This document shows, one piece after another, positions 1 to 13,649 of a stretch of DNA of 64,000 bases. Positions within the stretch are counted from its first letter, which is position 1; each line of letters opens with the position of its first letter. Source of the stretch: Octopus vulgaris (lineage: Eukaryota); NCBI GenBank assembly GCA_951406725.2, contig OX597820.1:93248001-93312000 (forward strand). Direction: 5' to 3'. The notes beneath the pieces are model-generated. The model saw nothing but the letters and a program-made list of their open reading frames with translations, did no database searches and had not been told where the DNA came from. The translations under genes and the position numbers were made by a program.

Positions 1-394
1 CAGTGCCCTATCAGTATTTTCAAAGAGAAGTTATCTTTCCCATCTCCAGCTTGACATGATACACATGGACCCGAGTTGCTGGGTATTGACCCGTAATCAG
101 TGTATGACAACCACCGGCTGGTGATGTGAAGTGGTTCCTAACATATACATATATATATATATGTGTGTGTGTGATTATGTAAATATATAGGTGTGGTTAA
201 GAAGACCTAGGCCAACTAAAACCCTTGCAATAGAAACTGAAAGAATCCCATTGTATGTGTGTGTGTTTACCAATGTCCTAACATCATGTGATGATTGCAA
301 ACATGCATCACCATCTTCCATAAAATATATGTCTGGCCATGAGAAAGTATTACCTTTCATTTTCTTATTAATAATTGCATTGTTTCTTTCCAGG

Positions 395-1248
395 TAAACT
401 GACTGTTCAAAAAGACTTCAAAAGTAACTAGTAGTAACTTCTCTTTAAAATAAACGAAATTTGGCATTATCGTATATTATCAAATATCTGCAGAAAAGGG
501 GTTTAGCCCCCCCCCCTGACATGACATACTGACATGGTTGCTAAATTAGGGTATGATGCTCCAGTTTTATCAACAGTGCAAAAGTGAGCAAAAGAATTTA
601 GCAGGCAAAGAGAGAATCTTGAAGATGACCCAATGTCTGGACATCCTGCAATACCACCACTAAGGAGAACATTGATTGTGTTCACCACATGGTGATGGAT
701 GACATGTGATTGACTATAAATTACATAGCCAATGTTACTAGCATATTCCATGAGAGTTGAGAATATTCTGCACAATGAACTTGGCAAGTTGAAGGTTTCT
801 GCTCACTGGGTGTCACATCTTCTGACACCTGATCAAAAGTGCACCAGGTTGATAACATCATGGAAAGCTATCAAGACCAAATACCCAGGAAAACTGATAA
901 AATGCCTCTTGTTCCATTAGGGCAATGCTCCAGCACACAAGTCCTCGGTTTCCATGTGTGACTGTGGCTTTGAACTGGTTGATCACTCCCTATTCTCCTG
1001 ATCTGAACCCACCCGACTATTAACTGTTCCCTGACAAGAAAAACACTTGGCTGGGAACCAGTATCGCAGTGATGATGACATTTTTGACCAACAGGATAAA
1101 AGCTTCTTCACCAATGAGGTCCAAGCATTGCAACACCAATGGAAGAAGTGTGTGGACCGCAAGGGAGCTATGATGAAAGATAAACCTCATTTGGTCACAT
1201 TCCAAGAGAGTATGTTCGTTAGCCTATGAACTTTTCAACCAATCCTCG
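395..1248 (+). mobile_element. Degenerate mariner transposon remnant
   Basis: Transposase fragments (LEDDPMSGHP, NILHNELGKLKVSAHWVSHLLTPDQK, HSPYSPDLNP, QALQHQWKKCVDRKG) with stops and frameshifts; right TIR ...gcctatgaacttttcaaccaatcctcg. Confidence 0.85.
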
Positions 1249-1308
1249 TGTGTGTCTGTGTGCATACATACACCCACAAATATACACACACACACATATA
1301 TATATATA

Positions 1309-1350
<42 letters not shown>

Positions 1351-3134
1351 CCACTAGTCATTATCACAACAATCAAAACTAACTTTGTTAACATGTTAGG
1401 GATTGTCCAAGTACTCATCCAATAATTATTTTATTCATCAAGGATAATTTTGTAACATTTTAGGTTCCCTTCAGTACTCCAGTTTTAGCTACCATATACT
1501 CCAGTAAAATGCAATTCTAGTTACTATCATATACTACAAATAAACCTTAGTTGTAGTTACCATATACCATAAATACAACACAATGGAATTCTATATTAAC
1601 GTCAGTTTATTTAAATAGAATAACTTAACAGTCATGTTCTTCCCTTTTCATCATCATGCACATCTGCTGGCGTGATGAGGACCATCACAAATAACAAGGA
1701 TGGCTTATGGCTTGCATGTGACTTTGTTTAAAGTGAAGAAGGGATGCATACCGTCAACTTCACTCTCTCATCCATGACCATCTTCTATCCAGTGGTAAGA
1801 CCAAGTTAAGACAATTGAGGATGAAGACGGATGCAGTGGATGACAAAGATGTTTCACTTGCTTCATTTTATTCTCTGCACTTCACAATACATTACTGCAG
1901 CCACCTTCCTCTCAGTTGAACCATGAACGTTTCTTCTGCAGAGTCTATCAAATCCATCTTCACAGCCCTAATATGCAAGTTAATCCATAGCTGGGACCCT
2001 AACTGGTACTACTACTCTAGCTCAGAGCAGACCAGGAGTACTAGTGGTCAAGAGGTGGTTCCTCAAAACCCTTGGAACCCCAAAATACCAGATGCAGTTT
2101 CAAGCCAAACCCATGGTTAATACTGAATATTAAACTAATGCTGATTAGCTTCTTTCCCTTCACAACGCCACACACAACATAACAGCTGTACATCACACTC
2201 TGGACACACAACAACACATTTTTTTTTTTCAAATGATGAGAGAAATATTCTTTATCAAAGATTCTATTCACGTCATATTCATATTGTATGCTGTTAGTGG
2301 CTGTATGCATGGCAAGCAGAAATCCTCTACTTTAGCATTGCTTCATTACTACAGTCCCATTAACATTTAGTGATAGGATCGGTATAAAAGCAATAGCACT
2401 ACCAAGATATTTCTACAATGACACTAAGGTCACATTGACCAAAAAATGCTCTCTACATCTTTAACTTTAGCATAAAACCTCTCCCTGGGTGCTTCATTAT
2501 AAAGTTTTATTAATACATTTAAGTGTTGACAGTGAAATTGATAAAGTGCAGTCGAGACAGCTAAGATATTTTAGTCACCAAGTCTAAATCGATTGGCTGT
2601 AAGTTATAAAACATATATGACAGTTTAAAACAGCAATAATCTAGATAGGTGGTCAGGCAGCTTCTGACTCAACTAACTAAGGTCTGAGTCATAGCACCAT
2701 GATTGTGTATTAATTTTCTAGATGCTAATTTGATTTGTCATGCCATTCTATTCAAATCAATCATTATTTTCTTTGTAATCCTTGGGAAATTGCGTCACTC
2801 ACTGTGGGGTATTTGGAACACTTTAGTGTCTCTTGTCAGTTATTATAGCTTATCTACATATTTCTTTCTTCCACACTTTACAGCCCTCAGTTTTGCATTT
2901 TGTCTACTCTACTAGTTTGAAGAGAATGCTGAATCAGTTACAGTCATACTCCTTCTATGTGGTTTCTAACAAACTCGACATTTTAGATACAAAGCATTTC
3001 CATAATGCAATGAAAATATTAAGAGGCTGTTTCAGTAAGGAGCTAAAAGCCTACTGAAAAACCAAGATGCCAGCAAACATACCAGCTTCACTAGCTGGTA
3101 TTATAATTGCTAAATCAAGAACTCAAGAGGAAAA

Positions 3135-3305
3135 TGGCTTGATGGCAGAATTGTTAGCATGCTGGGCCAAAATGCTTAGTGACATTTCATCCATCCTTAC
3201 ATTCTGAGTTCAAATTCTGCCAAGGCCAACTTTGTCTTTCATCCTTTTGGGGTCAATAAAATAAGTACCAAGTGAGCACTAGGGTCGATATAACTGGCTT
3301 ACTCC
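3135..3305 (+). mobile_element. SINE family B copy, old and CpG-decayed
   Basis: ttctgagttcaaattctgccaaggccaactttgtctttcatccttttggggtcaataaaataagtacca matches the young copies at 57575 and 61797 with CG>TG/CA changes. Confidence 0.75.
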
Positions 3306-3986
3306 TGGTCAATTTTGGCTACCTGAATAAAGTCTAACTGCTACACTTCTCAGTCCAACACCACTGCCTCGAGGTCCTGGATACATTTCAGACTAGTATC
3401 TGCAATTGAGTTACTGATGCAAGTATGACATTTTCCTCTTCTTACATCCCTATGAAGTGGGTTCCACAATACTAATTTGGATGCTTCCAGTTCAGGCTGA
3501 TGTTGCTGCCATTTCACATTTGGGGCCATTCGTGGCATCCTTGAGTAGCAGCCAATCTAGCCAAAAAGATAGGATGTTGCTTAACTGGGTGACAGATTAA
3601 GTCTACTATCCCTCCAGGTTATGGCGGGATTTAAATTCAGAAAGCTATGAACCAGAACAAATACCACAGGGTATCTGGAGCAATGTTCATACACTTCTGC
3701 CAATAGAGGATCAAATGCAAAGTTAACTTTGGTGGGATTTGAACACAGAGTGCAGCAATTTGAAACAAATACCAAAAAGCATTTAAGCCAATGCTGCAGA
3801 AACTCTACCAATTTGCTGCCTATTTCGTTTTGTATATTTTCAGGTCCATTTAGTTATTTTATGGCCCTTCCACATTATTCCAAGGAAAATGCATTTGTGA
3901 ACATGATGAGATGCTCTTTTGTCAGGTTCTATGTTTTTCCCTCGTAAGAAATTGTTGAAATGAAGAATTGATTCTAAGATGGACTT

Positions 3987-4210
3987 TTAACCCTTTAGCA
4001 TTCAGATAATTCTGTCAAATGTACTGCTTCTTTATTTACATTGTTTTGAATTAAACATGAATTATCTTGTAGCATCAAGATTTAATGATATAACTGTTTA
4101 GTTTTAGAATGACATTGTAGGTTAAATACGAAAGGCCAGATTTGGTCTCTTTGAACATAAAACAGGCAGAATATTTTAGCTGGATAAGGCCAATTTACAT
4201 GCTAAATAGT
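3987..4210. mobile_element. TTAA-type (piggyBac-like) MITE, degraded
   Basis: Starts ttaaccctttagcattcag; internal sequence related to 4646-4864 and 23830-24046. Confidence 0.6.
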
Positions 4211-4645
4211 TATGGCTTAGAGGTATTTTGCTGTAAAAAAAAAATGGAACTTACTCTCCCAAAAGTTTACTGCATGTGGCTCATTAGAAATGCACTAACA
4301 CAATCTACTTTATATAATAACTGAGGAGTCCTGTTCATATACTTTCCCAACTAACAGTATCTAATTTCAATATCAATAAATTATTTAACACTATTACCTT
4401 CTGCATTGCTTTATCAAGTATATATTATTGTATGATATCAACTGTTTTCTTTTTTTTTATTTTTTTTTTTTTTATAGCAAGCCTGTCCACCTATTTTAAT
4501 ATTTTTTTGTTTATTTTAGGGGATATTTTCCATTCTAGAATGGATTGGCAAGTACAGGAATGTAAGAAGATATATTTTCCTTTCAATCAGTGATACAATA
4601 TGCTTAGGGTTGACCTAATTATCTCTTTTTCTCTGTCTCCCTTAA

Positions 4646-4864
4646 CCCTTTAGTATTTAAAGCGGCCATATCCGGCCAAAATAGTTCATCTGCTTTATGT
4701 TCAAACTGACCAGATCCAGGCTCTCACACCTACCCTACAATGTTATTCTACATTAAGTAATTACACCATCAACATCTTGAAGATATGACACAATGCATGA
4801 TTAATTCAAATCAATGGGAATCAATAGGCATTATGTTTGATTGAATAATCTGAACACTAAAGGG
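4646..4864. mobile_element. TTAA-type (piggyBac-like) MITE
   Basis: TTAA|CCCTTTAG ... CTAAAGGG|TTAA termini; near-identical reverse copy at 23830-24046. Confidence 0.85.
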
Positions 4865-5772
4865 TTAATGTGATTCTTGTTCTGGTATGAAAAGATATCC
4901 TTAATCCAAGCTGATGACCTTTATCAAACAACAATATCTACCAACGAGAGAATAGAAGTTGCGGCAGTATATATATATGTACCCAGAGGATATTACATGA
5001 GTAAAAAGTCTACGTGGGAGCAAATTTGCATCACAGAAACAATTTTCTGGGAGCTAATTACTAGTGCTAAATACTTGTTGGTTTATATAAGCAAAAACAA
5101 TAGAGCTGTACTTAACTGGTGTTTTTATTTTTTTTTATTGAGCCCAGAAGGATGAAAGGAAAAGTTGACCGTGACAGGATTTGAAACCAGAACCATAAAG
5201 AGCTGAGACAAATAACACAAGACATTTTGTTTGAGGCTCTAATGGTTTTGCCAATCCATCAGCCTCTAATTTATTTGCAATAACAAAAATTGTATCTAAG
5301 ATTGGCATCACAGGATTGCAGATTTGTGAAAGAGTACACAACTGCTACGATTGATTCCCTCTCAGAAGAGAGGGATTCAATCTTAACAACAGCTTCAAGA
5401 ACAACCTACTTTGGAGAGATTTTCTCTTTGGAAGGGTTCACTTTCCACTGTATGTCACACTGACCCACCTGAGAATTACATTAAGGTTGCACCTATCTGT
5501 GGAAAGCTCAGCCACTCACAAACCAATTCAATGGCAGATAATTTAATGGATCAAACAATTGAATTCTCAACATCAAATCCAATAGAGTTCTATCCAAATA
5601 CTATGTAAGACATTAATATGTAACATGTATAAAGCTTAAAACCTTTGGAAGTCAGCGAACAGGAGAATCCTGCAAGAAGTTAGAAAATACTACAATCTGA
5701 GAAACTAACTTTATTAATACATAGAATATTAATAATGAAAGAGTTGCTAGAAGAAGCTCAGGACATCTGTCC

Positions 5773-5878
5773 TTATCCAAGAATTTCTGCCAATCGACAA
5801 AATTTTGGCAACATGGAGTAGATAACATTTGATGCTGAGAGGATGCATAATGCATTTTCAAGACATAAGTTTAGTTTG
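5773..5878 (-). CDS. Possible alternative terminal (truncating) exon: KLNLCLENALCILSASNVIYSMLPKFCRLAEILG*
   Basis: Good acceptor tttccttgtttatttag, and the only open frame is the phase-2-compatible one. No resemblance to the expected UXS1 KYPxVKFL..KRIL segment, so it may be cryptic or chance. Confidence 0.25.
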
Positions 5879-6559
5879 CTAAATAAACAAGGAAATATCA
5901 GATGTCTTCAAAAAAAGTTTTCATTCAAAACGGTTTTGAAAATATTTTTGAAACCAAAAACAAAATAAATAAATATATAAGAGGTGATGCTAAAAAAAAA
6001 TCTGAATTTTGAGCAATTGTAATATTTTATATTTTAGAAAATGAGATAACTATCGAGAAATTTTAAACATTGAAAGCTTAGACGGCAGTTGATGTCTAAA
6101 CATTAATTACAAAGAAAAAAAAACTAAAATATCAGCTTCCTACAAATCTTTTCCACACTGTATTTATATTTTCACATATTCTTTTAGTTTCATTTTCAGA
6201 TTTGTCAGTAGCTTTTACTATGTTATATTTTTCTTTATTTTAATAATGATAATTGTTTCTGATATGGGCACAAGGCATTGGAGCCAGTACAAAAGTGAGA
6301 ACATAGAAAAGATAATGAGCAAGAAACCACAAGGGATTTACATTGAGAAAAACAGGTGAGATACAACAATAATGGTAAAGATACATTAAACAGATAGAAA
6401 ATGATAAACTAAACAGCAAAGAACAAAATAAGAACAAGAAAAGGATTCCCAAAATGAAGGGGATTACTGCTCAGAGTGATTTGTAATACTCTACACATAA
6501 TCCAAGATTACCCTGATACAGTTAAATCAAATACCTTCTCTCAGTTCTTGTCACCCATA

Positions 6560-7000
6560 GTTACAGCAAGATCAATTTCCCCAATGTTACCCATCTATCA
6601 TAATATTTGCTAGAAGCCAGCAGCTTCTTCTCTACTCTCACCCTTCTACTCAAATTGTACTTAAAGAAGTTGATGAAGACTTGACCTGAGTGGTACAGCT
6701 CTGTCCTCAAATCCCTCAACCGCAGCCACTACCAGAAGAAGACTACCATTTCTTCCTTGCTAAAGGAAGAGAGTGGTTCAATCTTTCTCATAGACTTGGC
6801 TGACAGCCAGACCCATTTCACACATGATAACAGTTGTTCGACAAAAACCTAATTACCAGTTATTCACAGACAATGAGCATATGCTGGATTGTTTTGTCAC
6901 CCTGCATACACATGAGAGAGGTTTAGTTGCTAACAAAACCAACTTGGTCAGGTCCAGATAGTTTATACCTAGCGAGCAATCAATGCCTTCCATTAGCAAC
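6560..7000 (-). mobile_element. L1/Tx1-type LINE ORF2 C-terminal remnant
   Basis: Minus translation gives FINFFKYNLSRRVRVEKKLLASSKYYDRW, resembling the Tx1/L1 ORF2 C-terminus, with stops nearby. Confidence 0.45.
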
Positions 7001-7976
7001 TGTTGGATCAAAGATTTTTAGAAACTATCCCCAATGCCCAACTTGAAAATACAGAGCAGAGAAAAGAAGATTAACAGGACCCTTTAGTTTGGTTCTGTTG
7101 AAAACACACCCATCTCTCTAGTGCTGGTGCCTCAATGAAATCCACCAAGTACACTTTGTAAGGTGATTGGCGTTGGGAAGGACATTCAGTCATAGACACC
7201 AAGCCCAAAATAAAATGTATGAGTGAGACATGATCCTCCAACCTATCTGAGAGGACAGTAACTTGAAATAAGAACCTGACTCAGAGCATTATGACCTGAT
7301 CAACCCATACCAATGGAAAATGGATAGGAGGAGGAGGAGAAGAAGAAGAACAACAACAACAACAACAAATGACAGTGATGATGGTGGTGGTGGTGGTGGT
7401 GGTGATGATCTTCCCAGACATAATGAAAATAGCTTAGTATTTAATTCTTCATATAGTTTATTGCTAAATTATTTCAGTAAAATAGACATCAGGTGTGATA
7501 AACCCAAGAGATTTTAATTAATGAATTACACACCTTTAATGATGAAAACAAAAATCGTTATAATGATAACCAGCTTCAGTTTAAAAGAAAGAGGTTACCA
7601 GAGAAGACCACTACAAAAATATGAATGAATAAAAATGAATTACATGTGGAATTCAAAAGGAATGAATCTAATACTTGGCAGTACAGTAACATTAACAAAC
7701 TTGTTCTGTTCTTATAAGACCTCATAAGTGAAATCTAATCTAACCATAATCATAAAAATTAAGAAAGTTAGTTTTCATAAATAAACATACAGTAGCATAA
7801 TCTAAAGAAATGAATAAAGGAAAAAAATATGTAGTAATATTAGCTGCATATCTTAAGTAAAGATTACAGAAAATAAAGCTGTAAATATTGTGAAGATCTT
7901 GAATATTGGAAACAAATTTGTAGACATCCCTACCATTACTCTGAGAAAATGCAGAATAAAAGGCTTTGAAACTTAC

Positions 7977-8051
7977 ACATATTCCAAATGGTTAACTCGG
8001 CTTTTTAATTTCCTTATTTCAGATTGGACCAACAAATTTTCTGAAAGATCC
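7977..8051 (-). CDS. UXS1: Internal 75-nt exon, phase 2 to 2: DLSENLLVQSEIRKLKSRVNHLEY(V), luminal coiled-coil stem
   Basis: Acceptor ttctttctcttattaacag and donor GTAAGT. Open frame with a heptad pattern resembling the UXS1 stem (EPLREKIRDLEKS). Confidence 0.78.
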
Positions 8052-8329
8052 CTGTTAATAAGAGAAAGAATAATAAATAGAAAGGAATAATTAAATGCCC
8101 AATGCTAGAGTAATCTTCTTGTAATATACTACCTGTGTTTTTCCTTGCATAGTGCCTCTCATTGTTAGAGGATTTCATTCAGGTGGATTTGGCTCTACAA
8201 TAAATATGTCAAAAGCCAAAATACAAGCATAACATCACAAAAAAATAGGTGTATATCTTTTGCTGGCAGAGCAAAATCAAAGTGATGTCCCTTTTTTTTT
8301 TTTCTTTTCTCCTTGTTGGGTTGGGAGGA

Positions 8330-8990
8330 TGGACCAATGCCTATGGCCTTCATAGCCCTCCAAGACAAGCAAAATTGATGCCATTAATGTTTCCCTGAAA
8401 ACTTCAACAACTTAAAAAAGAAACAGAACAGAGAGGGAATCAACATCTTGCAAAGACAGGACAGGCTACAGAGAGCAGTGCAAGGCTTGGGGTAGAGAGG
8501 GGAGAGGCTGAACACAACAAAAGTGATGGTGGGAGGAGGAGTAGATAAGTACATCAAGAATTCCTGAGTAGAGATGGCATGAGCCCAGCCAGCTCTAAGG
8601 AGTAGCGGTCATTATAGTAGTTGTAGAAAATCAGAGAAAAAGACTGCACACCATGGATCAGGGGCAAGAGCATGTGTGAATGATTATATACCAATCAGTT
8701 GGGTGGCCCTTTTCTAGACACAGTTTAAAATGTCTTTATGTACAGTACCAGCAATGTCCCTGATGTGTCAGTGATATTCCATTGTGGGCCACACTGAGCT
8801 ATCAATAATTGTTGAACTATCTCCTGGTCCTGAAGAGAAAAACCAGTCATTGGGATGCTATCCTTACTATGCTAAGGACACGTTGTAGCTAGGAGAGATT
8901 CTCAGTGATACTGGGATCTCTGACAAAGTGCTGCGTATGACTAAGAAGGGGTGTGGTGTGATGATGTTCTCTTGATATGAGAAGCATTTA
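8330..8990 (-). mobile_element. Degenerate CR1/Jockey-like LINE RT C-terminal remnant
   Basis: Minus translation VWPTMEYH*HIRDIAGTVHKDILNCV*KRATQLIG resembles the RPxMEYCSHIW...LDRVQKRAxRLIG motif. Confidence 0.5.
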
Positions 8991-10469
8991 TGTATATTTT
9001 TCTTTTCTTTTTTTTTCTATTGAAAGAAACAAAATTGGCATATCTCTTTTCTGATTATGCTTAGAATGTAATACCTTTATTAGATGGCTAACCAACCCAC
9101 ATCATTCTAACTCCCAACAACCCCACCTGATTAATCCATGAACAAAAGTACAAAAGTGCTTTATGTTGCTTAGGCTATGTGATATACAGAACCTGATTTT
9201 AAAATACAGTATAATAATACATAATTATATCTGACAACGATTCCTTGTGTTCCACAAATGAGTGTATTGAAAATATGTCAAACAAATCAAAGCATATATT
9301 CAGAAAAGTTATGAAGAGGTAATTATTATAATAATTATAAGAGCTAATCGTATGATTCCTGAAACAGCGACAATGTCATGTGAAACAAATGTCTAAATGG
9401 AAAAGGTAAAAAAAAGGTCTTACAACAACAAGGCTATGGAGGGGCAACAGTTAATTAAACCAACCCAGGCACTTAAATGGTGAATATTATATCGACACTA
9501 GAAAGACGAAAGGCAAAGTTTATCTGAGTAGAATTTGAATGTAAAATATAAAGGGATACAAAGCATAGCATTTTGTCCCTCACTTTATGATTTTCACAAC
9601 CCATAATAATAATTTCTTCCCTTCTGACTTTCTTTTTTTTTTCTTCTTTTTTCTTTGTACCCCAGCACACTAGCATAAGTCCACAAATAAGGTGTAGAAA
9701 ACAATCACTTATGTCATGTGAACTCCAATACTCTTCATTTTTACATATTTTCTCATACTAACATAGGTTAAATGCATTAGATCAGTGGTTATCAACTAAG
9801 ATCTATATGGGGTCCATATAAGAGTTTGCTGCTAAAATTTATGTAAAGTGGTTATACTTCACCAATACACTAAATATTTTAACAATTATTTTTATATAAT
9901 TCCTAATAATATTTAATTATAAAAGTATAATAGGATTTTTTAAACATCAACTGGCTATAGGGATCCACTTGAGGAAAATAGGTATCAAAGGGGGTCTATA
10001 CGGAAAAAATAATTGAGGATCCTTGCATTAAGATGAATATACATTAATGAGACATCCGTTTACAGCAGAATGCCTGTTACCAACTCTTATCCATTCTTCT
10101 GGTAAGGATCACTTATTCCATAAGCCAGCAAATAATTTCTTGACAGAGAAATGAAAATATTAAGATTTGAAGCTCAGTGATTTTTCAAAGATGTGTAAAC
10201 ATAAACATTCACACAGACATGCATGTGTACACATACACACACACATGTATGCATACGTGTATAAAAAGATATGGTGGTCATTGTGCAGTTGCTGTCCACC
10301 AAATCCACTTGCAAGGCACTGGGTTATTTAAATGACATGAAAAAGATAAGAAGTAGAGCCATGACGGAATTTGAACTTAAAAAAAGACTATCAGTAAATT
10401 TCACACAGTATTTTTGTCTATATTGCTATTGATTCTGCCAAGACCTCATCCTTTTGTAATAGCGAAGAC

Positions 10470-10985
10470 CTATTGAAGTAAGTGTAAACAAGTCAAAATT
10501 GCTGACATGGTCGATGACAGTACCGCCTGATTGGCATTCGTGCCAGTGGAACGTTAAAAGCATATCCAAGCACAATCGTTGGCAGGGCCATGGATTGGCT
10601 CCCATTCCAGTGACATGTGGAAAGCACCATTCAAGCGTGGTCATTGCCAGTGTCGCCTTACTGGCACATGATATTAGCGTGTGAAAAACAACATTCGAGC
10701 ATGGTTGTTGCCAGTGCCACCGGATTGGCTCCCATGCAGGTAGCACGTAAAAACACCTTTTGAGCATAGTCATTGCCAGAACCACCTGACTGGCCCTCGT
10801 GCCGGTGGTACGTAAAAAGCACCCACTACACTCTTGGAGTGGTTGGCGTTGGGAAGGGCATCCAACTGTAGAAACATTGCCAGATCAGATTGAACCTGGT
10901 GCAGCCTCTGGCTCACCAGTCCTCAGTCAAACCATCCAACCCATGCCAGCATGGAAAGTAGACGTTAAACAATAATGATGATGAT
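10470..10985 (+). mobile_element. RTE LINE 3'-end-related repeat with internal tandem subrepeats and (GAT)n tail
   Basis: gcacccactacactc...ggttggcgttgggaagggcatcc...ccaacccatgccagcatggaa...gatgatgat; same 3' end as the RTE at 21238-22748. Confidence 0.8.
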
Positions 10986-11339
10986 AACATAAAATTTGTA
11001 CACAATAAAATTGGTTTGTATTTTTTACACTTCACATACAAACAAGATGACATAGCATTTTATACCACACTCTATCAACTCAACCCACCAACCTACTCCA
11101 TAAAAATTTTTAAATTAACCCATGAGAGGTGCCTACAGACATACAAGAATTTCGAGGTCATTCTATTCATTGATTAACAATAATTTTACCTAAAGGCTTT
11201 TTATGTTTGAACCACCAGTTTAATAATGAAAGATTATTTTCTTAAAGAGCTATTGCGTGCAGGTGGTGGAGGTGTGTGTGGGTGGTGGGTGTATGGGTGT
11301 GGTGTATAATGTGTTTTACATGCGCTTCCCAATACATTT

Positions 11340-11620
11340 CTGGGTTCGGTCCCATTGTGTGGAACCTTGAGTAAACGTCTCCTATTATAGCCTTGGGCTG
11401 ACAAAAGCCTTGTAAGTGGATTTGGTAGATGGAAACTGAAAGAATCCCCTTTGTGCATGTATGTATGTATGCATGTTTGGATATGTGTATGTATGTATAA
11501 ATATATACATACATATACATGTCTTTGTGTCTGTGTTTGTTCCCCATCACTGCTTGACAACCAGTGTTGGTTTGTTTATGTTGCTATAACTTAGAATAAC
11601 TACCAGGCTTTAAAAAAAAG
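11340..11620 (+). mobile_element. SINE family A, degraded copy
   Basis: gggttcggtcccattgtgtggaaccttgag...gtggatttggtagatggaaactgaaagaa...ttgacaaccagtgttgg. Confidence 0.7.
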
Positions 11621-12684
11621 AAAAAGAAAAGACTATGGTCAATTCATCACCTATTGTTGGTGCCATTGTTTGACTCAATGCAGATCAAGCAGTCATATAA
11701 TCAAAGGCAGTCCAGAAAGCATAACTGTGACACCCCTAACTATAGTCTTACCCTTGCTATAAATAACCTCAAGATATCCCACATAAAAAGTTAACCCAGC
11801 AATTATCTTGAGGCATAATTAGAAATGACTTAATATATAATGTCATCAGAGTTATGAGTCATCTATCAATACACCTTATTGTAATTATCTTTGCCCAATT
11901 GATAAATCATCTTGAGTATTATCATATAAGCCACTGTGGTTAACTGCAGGTCAGCTTTGATCAAGATCTTTTATCAAAGACACTGTAGCTATCACTTCAC
12001 CACCTTTTATTGGGACATGCATCTGGGATTGCAAGATCTCATTTGATAGTGATTTGGTTACTATTTCCAGTAAATCAAATAACCACACGGTGGTTCTCTC
12101 ACTTTCATAAGTGCAGGAATGAAATTTGCTTAGAGGGTGCAAACTTAAATCTAAATTTTTTTTTTTTTTTACAAGCAAAGTCAATATTTTTACTATCTCA
12201 ATATCAAAATAAACACAAGTATAATAATAGTAATTATTATTATATTTGTACATCAAACAAATCAGATAAACACAATAATAGAAAAGTGATGTTTGAGATC
12301 AGCGCAAAAATGTTTCTATGCTTGTTCATTTTGGCAATGAAGCTTTTCAGGACGCTGTTCAAGGCATTTTCATTGCCCCCACCACAAAAATTTTAGTGGG
12401 TGCGCTGGCACTCCCTGCATCCCCTGTTCCTGATTCTACAATCATTTTAAATACACAGCTGCTATGGATCAATATAGTAGAGATTTATAAGCACTGTATC
12501 ATTGATCGTTCTCACTGCAGTTGTTAAAACATTAGCTAATGATACAGGAGTCAGCAGATATCCATATATCATTAGCTTATGATAATGATGACATTTTTTA
12601 AGATTTATAAAACTAAAAACACAAATTTTGTTGATTATATGTAATTTGATGCAGTGAGTTGATAGATTATATATATATATGTAT

Positions 12685-13081
12685 AGGCGCAGGAGTGGCT
12701 GTGTGGTAAGTAGCTTGCTTACCAACCACATGGTTCCGGGTTCCGTCCCACTGCGTGGCATCTTGGGCAAGTGTCTTCTGCTATAGCCTCGGGCCGACCA
12801 ATGCCTTGTGAGTGGATTTGGTAGATGGAAACTGAAAGATGCCTATCGTATATATGTATGTGTGTGTGTGTGTGTGTTTGTGTGTCTGTGTTTGTCCCCC
12901 TAGCATTGCTTGACAACCGGTGCCGGTGTGTTTTCGTCCCCGTCACTTAGAGGTTCGGCAAAAGAGACCGATAGAATAAGAAGTACTGGGCTTACAAAGA
13001 ATAAGTCCTGGGGTCGATTTGCTCGACTAAAGGCGGTGCTCCAGCATGGCCACTGTCAAATGACTGAAACAAGTAAAAGAG

Positions 13082-13085
<4 letters not shown>
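12685..13085 (+). mobile_element. tRNA-derived SINE family A, full length
   Basis: A box (TGGCTGTGTGGTAAG) and B box (GGTTCxGTCCC) head, internal (TA/TG)n, and tail gactgaaacaagtaaaagagtaaa; many near-identical copies in the window. Confidence 0.9.
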
Positions 13086-13134
<49 letters not shown>

Positions 13135-13649
13135 TATATATGTTACTTCTAATTTGTAATGGTTTTACTAAGTCACAAGAATTTAATATACACACAACTT
13201 AGTCTTCTGTTCTATTAACATCTTAGATGTATTTTAGAAATCAGCCTATCTGACCAGTGCTTTATTGTATTAACCATGTAAAGGTAAAAGGCAAGTTGGT
13301 TTTAGCAGGGTTTGACCTCAGAACAAACAGTTTCGTTCTGTCTGACACTCAAATGATTCACCCATTTCACTGCATAGCATTTTGAGAAAATGTAAATTCA
13401 TAAATAATGAAAGAATTTTGGTGTGCTTTCATGAATTTACATTTCATTTTACATTTTGACAAAGCAGTAATTTAAATAGCAATAAATTTGACCATAAGCC
13501 TCCGAGCCATCTGGCTGTTCTGAATTTAATTATTTTGTGCAAGAGCACAGCATTATTTTCTGCCTACACAGCTTTCGGAATCAATGTGTATGCATCAGCA
13601 TAAGCAGCATAGATACTAACATGGAAAACCTAAATCTGAGAATAATATC

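Noticed and set aside
8133-8194. Possible minus-strand exon just upstream of the 75-nt exon
   Set aside because: Stops in all three frames and a weak donor (gtagta).
10500-10830. Short repeats with variable spacers resembling a CRISPR array (also 21415-21585)
   Set aside because: Eukaryotic context, degenerate units within an RTE-related 3' UTR, and no cas genes.
11751-11805. Hydrophobic minus-strand stretch ending at a GTAAG donor (IIAGLTFYVGYLEVIYSK), a possible third anchor exon
   Set aside because: In-frame stop just upstream with no ATG, poor acceptor, and phase incompatible with the next exon.
12685-12760. tRNA-like A/B boxes at SINE heads
   Set aside because: They continue into SINE bodies repeated many times in the window; not standalone tRNA genes.
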